Shown here: one piece after another, positions 1-10,445 of the stretch
How positions within the stretch are numbered: position 1 is the stretch's first letter
Layout of the letters: every line of letters starts with the position of its first letter
NCBI GenBank assembly: GCA_016215455.1
Contig: JACRJP010000003.1
Span: forward strand, 66,657-130,656
Direction: 5' to 3'
From: Candidatus Tayloriibacteriota bacterium
GTDB lineage: Bacteria; Patescibacteriota; Minisyncoccia; Phycocordibacterales; PALSA-1337
Length of the DNA: 64,000 bases
Made by a program: the position numbers and the translations under genes
The notes under the pieces: model-generated
Told to the model about the DNA's origin: nothing
Seen by the model: the letters and a program-made list of their open reading frames with translations, nothing else
The model's database searches: none

Positions 1-353
1 CGCTCAGGAAAAGCTGTATACGGTATTGGAGTAAACTTATCTTGATTACGAACAAGAAGATCCTGAGGAATAAGAACGGCATCGGGACCTTTACCACGAG
101 CAAGAGCTTCTACAAATTGTGAAGTAAAATTCGCCTCTGAAAGCTCAACATAAGTTACTGATAGAGGATTCTGGCGACTAATATTTATATCTCTCACCAA
201 TTGATTAAAGGTAGTTTCAGATACCGTACCCCATATCGTAATTGCAGGAATTTGATTCTTTACACTATCACCTTTAAATGTTGCAAAAGCTGCAACTCCA
301 GCAATTATGAAGACAATAAAGATTGAAGTGAGAATAAGTTGAAAGCGTGTCAT
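1..353 (-). CDS. Extracellular solute-binding protein, N-terminal part (runs off window edge)
   Basis: Not in ORF track; read manually from ATG at 353: MTRFQLILTSIFIVFIIAGVAAFATFKG...ITIWGTV...FVEALARGKGPDAVLI. N-terminal TM anchor plus the ITIWG and GKGPD motifs of sugar-type SBPs; ATGA overlap with the upstream methyltransferase stop. Confidence 0.7.
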   Translation of the reverse strand, partial: MTRFQLILTSIFIVFIIAGVAAFATFKGDSVKNQIPAITIWGTVSETTFNQLVRDINISRQNPLSVTYVELSEANFTSQFVEALARGKGPDAVLIPQDLLVRNQDKFTPIPYTAFPE

Positions 354-868
354 TGTTTTTTAAATATAAGCCCGTAGTGATGATCCCCTGCTGCAAAACC
401 ACTCTCACGAACAAATCCATGTTTTTCAAAAAGCGCTTCAGCGGCCATTTCAGGAAAGAGAGCCTTTGGACCAATACTACTATGACTTCCCCAGTCAATA
501 ATAAGGACCCTACCATTTGGCTTGAGTATTCTTTTTATCTCAAGACAAAGATTATCTTTATGTTCCACTTGGAAAAGCACATTTGAAACGATCACCCGAT
601 CAACGATAGCGTCATGGAGTTGTGTGCCTCCTATTTTTTCAATATCTCCCCAAACAATCTGCACATTACTCAAATGTGCAGCAGAAGCTCCTCGAGAAAG
701 TTTTTCGAGGAGCTCACGCTGTACTTCAATTGCATACACACGACCACGAGCACCAACTTTGCGAGCCGCTGCAAATGTATAGAAACCTGAACCGGCGCCA
801 AAATCAGCGACGTGCATTCCATCTTCGAGTGAAAGGTGTGCAATGTTTTGCTCAGGGTCAGAGAACAT
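350..868 (-). CDS. Class I SAM-dependent methyltransferase
   Basis: VADFGAGSG motif I; start moved to ATG 868, which has TATAAT 6 nt upstream. Confidence 0.85.
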   Translation of the reverse strand: MFSDPEQNIAHLSLEDGMHVADFGAGSGFYTFAAARKVGARGRVYAIEVQRELLEKLSRGASAAHLSNVQIVWGDIEKIGGTQLHDAIVDRVIVSNVLFQVEHKDNLCLEIKRILKPNGRVLIIDWGSHSSIGPKALFPEMAAEALFEKHGFVRESGFAAGDHHYGLIFKKQ

Positions 869-885
869 GCAACTATTATACCCCA

Positions 886-3405
886 CTATAGACAAATCAG
901 AGAAGCGATGGAATCCCCATCTCGGAGTTTCATGATACGAACACCTTGTGTCTGACGACCAAGTTCTGGAATTTCTTTACTATCAACACGGATAACCTGA
1001 CTCTTCTTTGACATAGCAACAATCTCTTCTTGAGTATCAGTGATTACCTTTGCTGCAATGAGATTACCTGTTTTATCAGTAACTTTTGCAGTAAGGATAC
1101 CTGTACCACCTCGATTTTGAGTTTTATATTCTTCGAGAAGTGTCTTCTTTCCATATCCATTAGCACTCATGACGAAGAGCGCTGGGTTTTTGAATTCTTT
1201 ATTCACTACATCGGCACTAATAACAGAATCCCCCTTACTGAGTTTAATAACACGGACTCCGGCAGCACCACGACCCATTTCACGAACATCAGACTCTTTA
1301 AATCGAATCGATTGACCTTCTGTTGTTGCAATGAGAACTTCGTCTCCCTTAGCAACAAATGATGTCGACATGAGTTCATCACCATCATCGAGAGTGATCG
1401 CAATAAGACCTGAACGTCGTACATCATGGAAACTCTTTGCAGCAACCTTCTTTCCAGTACCACCCTTTGTAACCATCATGATAGAGACGTCTTTTTGCTT
1501 AGTAGCCTTTGGCATCGGAAGGATTGATGTTACTTTTTCTCCCTCAGCAAGAGAAATGAAGTTTACGATCGCCTTTCCACGTGTTGCACGCTTACCTTCT
1601 GGGATATCGTACATCTTGATCTGGTATGCCTTACCTTTATCACTAAAGAATAAGAGATCACTGTGTGTTGTGGTTGTAATTAGGTGAGTGATGAAGTCTT
1701 CTTCCTTTGTATCGAGATCGACAACTCCTACACCACCACGCTTCTGCTTCTTATATTCATCAGGGTTGGTACGCTTGATATAGCCTCCTTTTGTGAGAAC
1801 AAGTACTGTTTCTTCATCCGCGATGAGATCTTCTTCTGAGAAGTCCTTGAGACCGTGTTTAATGAGCTTCGTACGTCGTTCATCACCGTAACGAGCCTTA
1901 ATATCAACGAGTTCTGTTTTAATAATTGAAACAACACGCTTATGACTCGCCAAAATATCTTTGAGATCAGCAATGAGATCTTGAGTTTCCTTGAGTTCAG
2001 TTTCAATTCTCTTTCGTTCCAAACCAGCAAGCTTCTGCAAACGCATTTCAAGAATAGCTGTCGCCTGGAGTTCAGAGAATTTAAACTGCTTCATCAAGTT
2101 ACGATGAGCTTCTGGTGCATCCTTCGAACCTCGAATCAATGTAATAATCTTATCGATATAATCGAGAGCTTTCTTCAAACCAAGAAGGATATGTTCACGA
2201 GCAAGAGCCTTGTCGAGATCAAATTTTGTACGACGACGAATAACATCAATACGGTGAGCAATGAATTCTTCAAGAATCGATTTAAGACCAAGTGTTAAAG
2301 GTACACCGTTAACAAGAGCAACGATGTTCACATGGAATGTGTCCTCGAGTTGTGTGTGCTTATAGATATAGTTAAGAACCTTCTCTGCATGAGCACCCTG
2401 CTTAAGGTCAATCACTACACGAATCTCTTTGTCAGACTCGTCACGCATCGCTTTGATACCTTCAATTTGTTTATCACGTACGAGATCAGCAATACGAATC
2501 ATGAGTTCGGCCTTGTTGACGCGGTATGGAATAGAAGTAATGACAATCTGGTAAGTACCCTTTTTGTCTTCAACAATTTCAGCTTCTCCACGTACCACAA
2601 TACCTCCACGACCCGTCGCATATATATGATGGATATCCTTCTCTCCATACATAACTGCTCCTGTTGGAAAGTCTGGACCCTTGATGTACTGAAGAAGATC
2701 ATCTGTCGTCGCATCTTTGTCTTCGAGAAGATGCACCGTCGCATCAACAACTTCCCCGAGATTGTGTGGAGGAATGTTTGTTGCCATACCCACAGCAATA
2801 CCCAATGTACCGTTCAAAAGGAGGTTAGGAACAGCTGTTGGAAGTACTGTTGGCTCTTTACGAGTACCTTCATAGTTTGGTCGAAAATCAACAGTTTCCT
2901 TTTCAATATCACGGAGCATTTCTTGAGCAATTCGTGACATCTTTGCTTCGGTATATCGATCGGCAGCAGCGTTGTCTCCGTCAATTGAACCAAAGTTTCC
3001 TTGGCCAATCACAAGTGGATATCTCATACGGAAATCTTGCGCCATGTTCACCATGGATTCATACACAGCAACAGTGCCGTGAGGGTGATAGTTACCGGTC
3101 ACGTCTCCAACAATCTTTGCAGACTTACGCGTCTTAGCTCCAGCAGTGAGACCGAGCTCTTGCATTGTATAGAGAATACGGCGATGTACTGGCTTCAATC
3201 CATCTCGTACATCAGGAAGTGCACGTGCAGTAATAACCGACATGGCATAGTCGAGATATGACTCACGCATTTCAGTTGTAATACTTCGAGAAATAATTCC
3301 TCGTTCAGGAACAATCTCAGCAGGCACATTTGATCGTTGTGCTTTGTTGTTTTCGTTATTCTCTGGAGTCTTGCCCGATTTCTTGTCTGAATTTTCTTTT
3401 GCCAT
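886..3405 (-). CDS. gyrA: DNA gyrase subunit A
   Basis: [21 protein letters not shown], catalytic RYTE, GyrA-box QKRGGVG, C-terminal beta-pinwheel repeats. Confidence 0.97.
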   Translation of the reverse strand: MAKENSDKKSGKTPENNENNKAQRSNVPAEIVPERGIISRSITTEMRESYLDYAMSVITARALPDVRDGLKPVHRRILYTMQELGLTAGAKTRKSAKIVGDVTGNYHPHGTVAVYESMVNMAQDFRMRYPLVIGQGNFGSIDGDNAAADRYTEAKMSRIAQEMLRDIEKETVDFRPNYEGTRKEPTVLPTAVPNLLLNGTLGIAVGMATNIPPHNLGEVVDATVHLLEDKDATTDDLLQYIKGPDFPTGAVMYGEKDIHHIYATGRGGIVVRGEAEIVEDKKGTYQIVITSIPYRVNKAELMIRIADLVRDKQIEGIKAMRDESDKEIRVVIDLKQGAHAEKVLNYIYKHTQLEDTFHVNIVALVNGVPLTLGLKSILEEFIAHRIDVIRRRTKFDLDKALAREHILLGLKKALDYIDKIITLIRGSKDAPEAHRNLMKQFKFSELQATAILEMRLQKLAGLERKRIETELKETQDLIADLKDILASHKRVVSIIKTELVDIKARYGDERRTKLIKHGLKDFSEEDLIADEETVLVLTKGGYIKRTNPDEYKKQKRGGVGVVDLDTKEEDFITHLITTTTHSDLLFFSDKGKAYQIKMYDIPEGKRATRGKAIVNFISLAEGEKVTSILPMPKATKQKDVSIMMVTKGGTGKKVAAKSFHDVRRSGLIAITLDDGDELMSTSFVAKGDEVLIATTEGQSIRFKESDVREMGRGAAGVRVIKLSKGDSVISADVVNKEFKNPALFVMSANGYGKKTLLEEYKTQNRGGTGILTAKVTDKTGNLIAAKVITDTQEEIVAMSKKSQVIRVDSKEIPELGRQTQGVRIMKLRDGDSIASLICL

Positions 3406-3439
3406 GTTGAGATTCTAAATACTGTGATTGATGTTGATA

Positions 3440-3763
3440 TTATTGTTTCGTCGCTCCTCCTTCCGACACCACTTCGACAACATCAGGTGGTGCAGTATAC
3501 GTATGATTATTACTGAAAACCCTAAATATATTTTTAGGAAGTGAAGCTATAGAATCCCAAGCCCCGACAACTGACGCAGTAAGGGGTCCTGTACTCGTTG
3601 CTGAAGCATTTTGTACCACAACAGGCTTTTCACTTGAAAAAACAGTCCCTGACGACAACCAGAACATAAATACAAAGAATGTAATAATAGCAGAAGCTCC
3701 AAAAGCTACTTGCTTTCGAACATGTTGAGGTTGGGCACGGAGTGTATCAAGATGGCGTCGCAT
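3440..3763 (-). CDS. Hypothetical single-TM membrane protein
   Basis: 107 aa ORF with one hydrophobic segment; TACTAT 6 nt upstream of ATG. Confidence 0.65.
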   Translation of the reverse strand: MRRHLDTLRAQPQHVRKQVAFGASAIITFFVFMFWLSSGTVFSSEKPVVVQNASATSTGPLTASVVGAWDSIASLPKNIFRVFSNNHTYTAPPDVVEVVSEGGATKQ

Positions 3764-3775
3764 AGATATATAGTA

Positions 3776-4420
3776 CTACTCTTTCGCAGACTCGAGAACT
3801 ACCACATCAGCTTCTTTACCTTCCAAATCCTTCTTCTTAAGAGTGAGCTTTGCCTGAGGTTCAGGATTCTCACCCGCTTCCTTAAGAAAGACTTTGAGAG
3901 CATCTTTTATTCCAATATCTCCATAGTGCATTGGGATAATAATCTTTGGTTCAAGGGAAACTGCAAGCTTGTATGCCTTTGCTGGCTCAAGAACACCTTC
4001 ACCACCAATTGGTACAAATAGAATATCAATATCATCAAGAGCTTCGATGGTCTCCGCTTTGAGCTCATTAGCATTATGAGCACCCAAGAAACAAAGATTC
4101 ATATTTTCGAGCGATACAGTATATATAGCGTTCACTAATTCTTTACCACCAAAACCATACGCTGTTGTTGAAGGAAGACCTTTGATAAAAACTCCCCCCA
4201 CTTCGTACTCACCAGGACCAGCAACAACAAAAGGCTGCTTATCACCGTGTGCAACTTGGTCTGAACCATTAAAATCAGGATGATTCGCTGAAATGAGAGC
4301 AATATCAGCGCCAAACCGAGAAGGTTTTAAATCTGAATCCTTAGAAATAGGATTAAACGCAAGCGTCACATCACCGAATTGCACCTTGAAAAATTCCCCT
4401 CCGAGATATGTGATAATCAT
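3776..4420 (-). CDS. Metallo-beta-lactamase-fold hydrolase-like protein (metal motif degenerate: SANHPDFN)
   Basis: MIITYLG start, GPGEYEVGGV, DILFVPIGG, IIIPMHY motifs; TATAAT 6 nt upstream. Confidence 0.8.
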   Translation of the reverse strand: MIITYLGGEFFKVQFGDVTLAFNPISKDSDLKPSRFGADIALISANHPDFNGSDQVAHGDKQPFVVAGPGEYEVGGVFIKGLPSTTAYGFGGKELVNAIYTVSLENMNLCFLGAHNANELKAETIEALDDIDILFVPIGGEGVLEPAKAYKLAVSLEPKIIIPMHYGDIGIKDALKVFLKEAGENPEPQAKLTLKKKDLEGKEADVVVLESAKE

Positions 4421-4466
4421 GGCCGTATTATACCAAAAAGGCACTTGATATGCTACTGTACAAGAC

Positions 4467-5180
4467 ATGAATAATCATGCTGCGTGGGAACGAGAATATC
4501 GAAATCCTAAGCTCGTTACCCTCCACAACGAGCCTCAATCTTCTGTTAAAGAATTCTTTCGTTGGCTTCGTAAAAAGGAGAATGTTGAGCTCACCGGACT
4601 CCACACTCTCGACTTGGGATGTGGTACGGGACGAAATACTCTTCACCTCGCATCCGAAGGTGTTGCTCAGGCAGTTGGCATCGATATATCGAAGACTGCA
4701 ATAGAGTATGCACAGAAAGCGGCCGCAACAGAGAATCTAACATCAGTAACAAAATTTATTGTCGGATCAATTGGCGAACAACTTCCCTTTACCGATCAGT
4801 CATTTGATCTCATTCTTGATGTTACAGCATCAAATGCACTATCTGAAAAAGAACGTTTAACCTACGTATCAGAAATGCATCGTCTCCTCAAACCAAATGG
4901 TCACATATTTGTCCGTGCACTGTGCAAGGATGGCGACACCAATGCAAAAGAATTGATTAAGGCTTCACCTGGACCCGAAACTGATACATATATAATGCCT
5001 GATACAGGCTTTATCGAGCGCGTTTTCTCAAAAACAGACTTCGAAGCACTCTATGGTCAATATTTTACCGTTGCATATATTGATAAAGAGACTCACTATA
5101 CTCTTTTTAATGGTCGCCGTTACAAGAGAAACTTCTGGATTGCTTACCTTAAGCCCCTGCAAAATAACTCGACAAAATAA
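4467..5180 (+). CDS. Class I SAM-dependent methyltransferase
   Basis: LDLGCGTGRN, LPFTDQSFDLI, RLLKPNG. Confidence 0.88.
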   Translation: MNNHAAWEREYRNPKLVTLHNEPQSSVKEFFRWLRKKENVELTGLHTLDLGCGTGRNTLHLASEGVAQAVGIDISKTAIEYAQKAAATENLTSVTKFIVGSIGEQLPFTDQSFDLILDVTASNALSEKERLTYVSEMHRLLKPNGHIFVRALCKDGDTNAKELIKASPGPETDTYIMPDTGFIERVFSKTDFEALYGQYFTVAYIDKETHYTLFNGRRYKRNFWIAYLKPLQNNSTK

Positions 5181-5288
5181 GGGTTTTTCTGTATAGTGTT
5201 GTACGTGCTCATTACAACTGTATACGTAACCCCGCACCTTATTGTGCCCCATTATTATCATAAACGCGGACCGTATACCGAATAACAA

Positions 5289-6509
5289 ATGTTAAAGAAA
5301 TTAAAAGAAAAGCTCCTCGGTGTTGAGGAGACTGCAGAGACAAAGACAGAAGAAAAGAAGGTTTCGACAAAGGCAGCAAAAGCACCAAAACCAGCTCCAG
5401 AACTCTCTCCAGAAGAGGCTGAAAAAGCTATTGCAAAGAAGAATTCGTTCATGGCTAAGATCCTTGAACAGACAGGTAATCCACCAGCAATAAGTGATAT
5501 TGTTGAAGGTCCTGTTATCAATATCGAAAAGGCTGCGGTCTACATCGACCTCGCACCGTACGGTACTGGTATCATCTTCGGTCGTGAATACATCACTGCT
5601 CGAGATATCATCAAGAAACTCAATATTGGCGACAGTATTGCTGCTAAGGTTGTTGATACAGAGAACAAAGAAGGTTACATCGAACTCTCTCTCAAGGAAG
5701 CTCGACAAGCTCTCATTTGGAGTGAAGCAGAAGAAGCTATCAATAAGAAGACTATTCTTGAACTCCCTATTCTCGAAGCAAACAAGGGTGGTCTCATCAT
5801 TGCATGGCAAGGTATCTCAGGATTCCTTCCTGCTTCACAGTTGAAGACTGAACACTATCCACGTGTTTCAGACGGTGATAAAGACAAGATTCTCGAAGAA
5901 CTCAAGAAACTTGTTGGTACACGAATTGCAGTTTCAATCATTGCAGCAAACCCTAAGGAAGGTAAGCTCATCTTCTCTGAAAAGAGTCCTGAAACTAAGG
6001 ATAAAGAAAAGATCATCGGAAAGTACAAGGTTGGTGACGAAGTATCTGGTGCAGTTACTGGTATCGTTGACTTCGGAGTATTCGTTAAGATCGAAGACGG
6101 TCTCGAAGGTCTCGTCCACATCTCAGAAATTGATTGGTCACTCGTTGAGGACCCTCGACTTCTCTTCAAGGTTGGCGATAAGGTAAAGGTTAAGATTATC
6201 GAAATCAAGGAAGGTAAGGTTTCTCTTTCTATCAAGGCTCTCAAGGAAAATCCTTGGAATGAAGCTGCGAAGAAATACAAGAAGGATAAGGTTGTTGAGG
6301 GTGTTATCATCAAATTCAACAAGCATGGTGCTCTTGCATCAGTTGAAGAAGGTATTGCAGGACTTGTTCACATTTCTGAATTCGGTTCAGATGAGAAGCT
6401 CCGTGCAAAGCTCGAACTTGGTAAGAGTTACCAGTTCAAGATCACTCTCTTTGATCCAAAGGAACAGAAAATGGCTCTCTCTTTCGTAGATAAGGAGAAG
6501 AAGGCGTAA
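5289..6509 (+). CDS. rpsA: Ribosomal protein S1-like, multiple S1 domains
   Basis: Repeated S1 motifs GFLPASQL, FGVFVKIEDGLEGLVHISEI, GLVHISEF. Confidence 0.9.
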   Translation: MLKKLKEKLLGVEETAETKTEEKKVSTKAAKAPKPAPELSPEEAEKAIAKKNSFMAKILEQTGNPPAISDIVEGPVINIEKAAVYIDLAPYGTGIIFGREYITARDIIKKLNIGDSIAAKVVDTENKEGYIELSLKEARQALIWSEAEEAINKKTILELPILEANKGGLIIAWQGISGFLPASQLKTEHYPRVSDGDKDKILEELKKLVGTRIAVSIIAANPKEGKLIFSEKSPETKDKEKIIGKYKVGDEVSGAVTGIVDFGVFVKIEDGLEGLVHISEIDWSLVEDPRLLFKVGDKVKVKIIEIKEGKVSLSIKALKENPWNEAAKKYKKDKVVEGVIIKFNKHGALASVEEGIAGLVHISEFGSDEKLRAKLELGKSYQFKITLFDPKEQKMALSFVDKEKKA

Positions 6510-6537
6510 TCTGACAGAAAGAACTAGAAATAGTTTA

Positions 6538-6569
6538 AACAAAAAGCGACACATGTGTCGCTTTTTGTT
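6538..6569. terminator. Bidirectional intrinsic terminator (perfect 32-bp palindrome)
   Basis: aacaaaaagcgacaca|tgtgtcgctttttgtt between convergent genes. Confidence 0.85.
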
Positions 6570-6590
6570 ATGAGCCTTGTATGAGGTTTA

Positions 6591-6917
6591 TTAAGCAATT
6601 TTTTCTTCAAGTTTATCTACTCGTTTTGAAAGAGTTTTGTGATCAACGTACGACACCTTTGTTTCCATCAAATACTCAAGTTTTTTGTCGACGGTATTAA
6701 AACGTCGGTCCATTCGGACTTCCAATTCATCAAATCTTTTATCAATTTGATTGAACTTCTCGTCTATTTCATCAAACTTTTTGTGGACGATCTTAAATTC
6801 ATCACGTACTTCTTTGAAGCCTGCACCAACTATCAATGCAAAGTCATCTATTTCCTCTTTAACAACTCCTTTGATCAACTGAATATCTGCACTATTTAAT
6901 GTTGGTTGTGGATTCAT
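6591..6917 (-). CDS. Small coiled-coil protein, paralog of 25070..25411
   Basis: MNPQPTLNSADIQLIKG start; F-D-E-I-D-E-K heptad-like repeats; C-terminus KRVDKLEEK. Confidence 0.75.
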   Translation of the reverse strand: MNPQPTLNSADIQLIKGVVKEEIDDFALIVGAGFKEVRDEFKIVHKKFDEIDEKFNQIDKRFDELEVRMDRRFNTVDKKLEYLMETKVSYVDHKTLSKRVDKLEEKIA

Positions 6918-6995
6918 ACTTTTTCTTTGCTTACCATTCTCATAATTCTTCAATGTCCCAAGTGTAACTAAACTTAAAAAATATTGCAGCAAAAT

Positions 6996-7018
6996 TATGA
7001 AGTTTTGATAAAGTTTTT
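6996..7018. repeat. 23-bp motif, inverted copy at 25480..25502
   Basis: tatgaagttttgataaagttttt vs reverse complement of aaaaactttatcagaatttcata: 21/23 identical. Confidence 0.65.
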
Positions 7019-7044
7019 ATGGAAAAATCACCTCTGCAACATAC

Positions 7045-7776
7045 CTAGAGAGGTTTGCCAAGAAATACTTTTTCGAGAATACCGTCAGCTATGATCTTTT
7101 TGGGATCGCCTTGAGCCACCACCTTCCCTTTATCAAGAACATACGCACGATGAGTGATCTCGAGAAGTGATGTGAGATTATGTTCCACCACTACAATAGC
7201 GGTTTTTCGACGTTCGTTAATCTCTTTAATTTTTGCAAACACTTCCTTTACAATCTTAGGGGCGAGACCAAGAGATGGTTCATCAAGAAGTAGGATTTTT
7301 GGATCGGTCATGAGACCTCGAGCAATAGCAAGCATTTGTTGCTGACCTCCTGAGAGAGTACCTGATTTTGCTTTGAGTTTACCGCGAAGCGCTGGGAAAA
7401 GTTCAAGAACATTTTCAATACGCTCTTTGCGTTCTCCTGCTGAGATTGCCCAACCACCGATCTCAAGATTTTCTGCAACGGTAAGATGTCGAAATACACG
7501 ACGACCTTGAGGAACAAAAGAGATACCTCGATGCACCACTTCGTGAGAAACGGGAGTAAATGACTGTCCTTCCCATACCACCTTTCCTAATTCGATGGGA
7601 GCGAGACCGAATATTGCCTTGAGAATCGTTGATTTACCCGCTCCGTTTGGACCCATGAGTGCAACCACCTCCCCCTCATCAACAGCGACTGTAGCGCCAT
7701 TAAGCGCCTTTACACCACCATAGTGAACATGGATGTCATTAAGTTGAAGGAGAAGTTCTTTGGGTATAGTTGTCAT
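7045..7776 (-). CDS. livF: Branched-chain amino acid-type ABC transporter ATPase LivF
   Basis: GPNGAGKST, VPQGRRVF, LSGGQQQMLAIAR, LLLDEPSLGLAP. Confidence 0.92.
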   Translation of the reverse strand: MTTIPKELLLQLNDIHVHYGGVKALNGATVAVDEGEVVALMGPNGAGKSTILKAIFGLAPIELGKVVWEGQSFTPVSHEVVHRGISFVPQGRRVFRHLTVAENLEIGGWAISAGERKERIENVLELFPALRGKLKAKSGTLSGGQQQMLAIARGLMTDPKILLLDEPSLGLAPKIVKEVFAKIKEINERRKTAIVVVEHNLTSLLEITHRAYVLDKGKVVAQGDPKKIIADGILEKVFLGKPL

Positions 7777-7838
7777 GACGAGACCATTATACACCTTTCT
7801 TACCTTAGATTAAATAAAAATCCTACTTACGTGACGAG

Positions 7839-8132
7839 CTATGCACGGCGCAAAGCAAGGAACACGAGCAGAACAAATCCCGCAAGAGTAGATCCCAAAC
7901 AAACCAAAGCCTTTTGCAGACCCCAATCTTGCCAAACGTAATACCCCAAGGTCGTCCAGAATCCAATGAGTCCGGCCAGGATGTGGCCAAGAAGAAGGAT
8001 CCACGGACCGACCATGAACACCCCAGCGAGGGTGGTGGTCACGAGAATACCGAGAGCCAACTGGGCCGTCGATTTCTGTGTGGGTTGTGAAGCGACAAAT
8101 GCCACTGAAGATGAAGATAGAGTAGCATGCAC
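7839..8132 (-). CDS. Small GC-richer multi-TM hypothetical protein
   Basis: 97 aa, GTG start, 2-3 hydrophobic segments; TTGACG-17-TATAAA promoter at 8208..8180. Confidence 0.45.
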   Translation of the reverse strand: MHATLSSSSVAFVASQPTQKSTAQLALGILVTTTLAGVFMVGPWILLLGHILAGLIGFWTTLGYYVWQDWGLQKALVCLGSTLAGFVLLVFLALRRA

Positions 8133-8224
8133 GGGATGTGTGGTTGGAAATGAATACCATTAAACTGCTTCTGTTGCAATTTATACCACCATACTAATAA
8201 TCCGTCAAATACACATTATGTGTA

Positions 8225-9229
8225 TTACTTCACTACAACAGGACTACCTCTTTCTATCTTCTTGAGTACTAATTCGCGCACTTTTGCACCCGTAGTATCA
8301 AAACCATCTTTGTTAATGTATTCTTTTACACAAACATACGTATCTCCACAACTTTTGAATGCCTTCGATAGGAGCTCTGCAGACTGAAGTGAGAGTCCTG
8401 CAACAGCACCTTGACCATCAGCAATATTTCCAGGGAAAGAATAGTACACACCTTCGACAAGTTCACGTACAGCTGGTAACTCAACCGCATACTGAGAAAA
8501 GATCGGGGCTTTAATACCAAGTTGTGTAAGTCGAGCTACACCCTGACCAAAGAAGAATGCAATGTCAGTTGAAAATATAGCATCGTAGTCCCCTTTTCGA
8601 ATCTTAACCAATTCTGAGGAAACATCAGTTGTATTATCTGGATAGCTAATTTCATGAACAATTGTACCCTTATAGTTTGCTTTAAAACTATCATAATGAG
8701 TCTTTGAAAAAGCATTTTGATAACTAATGAGTACTACTTTTTTATATCCTCGTGCATACATTTGCTCAGCAATAAACTTTGATTCATCTTCAAGGGCGTA
8801 CTGCATGTTATAGAAGTTTCCTCCACTCGTCTCATAGAGTGTTCGTGATGCAGCAGAAGGTACCACTACAATATTCTTTGAATTCTTGAGAAGTGGAACG
8901 ATTGCTTCCTGAGGTGAGCCACAAGCTGGACCAATCACATAGTGCACCTTATCAACTTCGGTAAGTTTTTTAAATGCTGACACGGCCTCTTTTGGTTCAC
9001 ACTTATCATCTTCAAAAATAAATTCGATATTCGGATCTTGTACTGCAAGTACACCCTTCTTCACTTCCTCACCATAGTCAGCAAGAAAACCCGAGAGAGG
9101 TGCAATGACTCCTATTTTTATTTTACCTTGTGTTGTTTGATTCGTGTTATACACCGAAAAACCCAAAACAATCAAAATAATAACAGTAAGAACAATCCGC
9201 TTTTTTGATTTGTTTTTTTGCAGTTCCAT
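8225..9229 (-). CDS. ABC substrate-binding protein, Liv/type-1 PBP family (SBP1)
   Basis: N-terminal TM, KIGVIAPLSG, EDDKCEP...GPACGS. Confidence 0.9.
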   Translation of the reverse strand: MELQKNKSKKRIVLTVIILIVLGFSVYNTNQTTQGKIKIGVIAPLSGFLADYGEEVKKGVLAVQDPNIEFIFEDDKCEPKEAVSAFKKLTEVDKVHYVIGPACGSPQEAIVPLLKNSKNIVVVPSAASRTLYETSGGNFYNMQYALEDESKFIAEQMYARGYKKVVLISYQNAFSKTHYDSFKANYKGTIVHEISYPDNTTDVSSELVKIRKGDYDAIFSTDIAFFFGQGVARLTQLGIKAPIFSQYAVELPAVRELVEGVYYSFPGNIADGQGAVAGLSLQSAELLSKAFKSCGDTYVCVKEYINKDGFDTTGAKVRELVLKKIERGSPVVVK

Positions 9230-9234
9230 ACCTT

Positions 9235-10371
9235 TTATTCAACATCAACAACCTTGCCACCAGAAACCTTTTTCATGACAAACTCTCGTTCAGTATCTCC
9301 ATTTTTATCGATACTAATGACTCCACTAATACCCTGATAATCTTTAACCTTATACAACTCAGACTTGATACACTCAACATCATCACCTCCACATTTTTCC
9401 ATAGCATCAAACAAAACATTGTATCCGTCATACGCAAGAGCAACATAGAGATCTTGAGATGGTGCTGCCGAGTATGTTTTTACATACTCATCAATAAGTG
9501 TTTTTAGAGCCGGTGCCTCAGTATCATACTTGTATGTCGAAGTAAGAACTCCTTCAGCATCAGGATTTGCCAAAATTTCTCGTTGAATGAAATACTCATT
9601 ACCCATGATTGGAGTTTTTACCTGAAGAGCAACTTTTTGCTTTAGGGCTGCTTGAGATGTTGCGACAGAGTTTGTAATAAACAATATTACATCAGGCTTA
9701 GCTTGAGTAAGTTTTAAAATCTGGCTTCGGAGATCTGTTTCATTAGGTGCAAAACCTTCGGTCGCCACTACTGTATATCCAGGTGTACTTGGAAATTTTT
9801 GAACAAAAGCATCCTTAATACCTGTTGGATACTCTGCTGATTCATAGAGAATAGCAGCCTTTTTATAGCCTAGTTTAACAGCTGTCTTTATCATCGCATC
9901 AGCAGTTACCACACCGGATGCTGAGGTACGAAATACATAGTCACCCGCTGTAGTAAGTTTTGGAGTAGTTGAAACAGGGGTAAATAGAATTGCCTTAGCT
10001 TTTTCAGCAAGTGGAGCAGCTGAAAGTGTTGATCCACTACACACACCAGAGATAAGTACTTTTACTTTATCAACATTTAAAAGCTTTGTTGCTGCAGCAA
10101 CTGCTTTTTTAGGATCACAACTATCATCTTCATAAATTACTTCAACTTTTTTACCATTAATTGTGTGATTCTTTGCGTATGCAAGTTTAAATCCATTACC
10201 AATATCAGCACCAGTTGATGCGGCGACAGGACCACTGAAAGGACCAAAATATCCTATTTTAATCGTGTCAGATGAAGACTTATTTGAAAAATAAGTTACA
10301 AAAATCACAACGAGAATCACCACAATAACCCCCCAGAAAACACCCTTCTTGTTTGTTTGTTGCTCAGGCAT
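9235..10371 (-). CDS. ABC substrate-binding protein, Liv family (SBP2)
   Basis: KIGYFGPFSG, EDDSCDP, GVCSGST, GDYVFRT, AYDG, GISGVISIDKNGD. Confidence 0.92.
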   Translation of the reverse strand: MPEQQTNKKGVFWGVIVVILVVIFVTYFSNKSSSDTIKIGYFGPFSGPVAASTGADIGNGFKLAYAKNHTINGKKVEVIYEDDSCDPKKAVAAATKLLNVDKVKVLISGVCSGSTLSAAPLAEKAKAILFTPVSTTPKLTTAGDYVFRTSASGVVTADAMIKTAVKLGYKKAAILYESAEYPTGIKDAFVQKFPSTPGYTVVATEGFAPNETDLRSQILKLTQAKPDVILFITNSVATSQAALKQKVALQVKTPIMGNEYFIQREILANPDAEGVLTSTYKYDTEAPALKTLIDEYVKTYSAAPSQDLYVALAYDGYNVLFDAMEKCGGDDVECIKSELYKVKDYQGISGVISIDKNGDTEREFVMKKVSGGKVVDVE

Positions 10372-10445
10372 GGTATTTTAATAGTAAATAACCGCTTAAT
10401 TATACACCTGCTACAGAAAGTGCAATAGAATGTCGAGAGCTGTAA

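Noticed and set aside
6538-6569. Perfect 32-bp palindrome as a recombination or hairpin-telomere site
   Set aside because: Position between convergent genes with A/T tracts on both sides is fully explained by a bidirectional terminator
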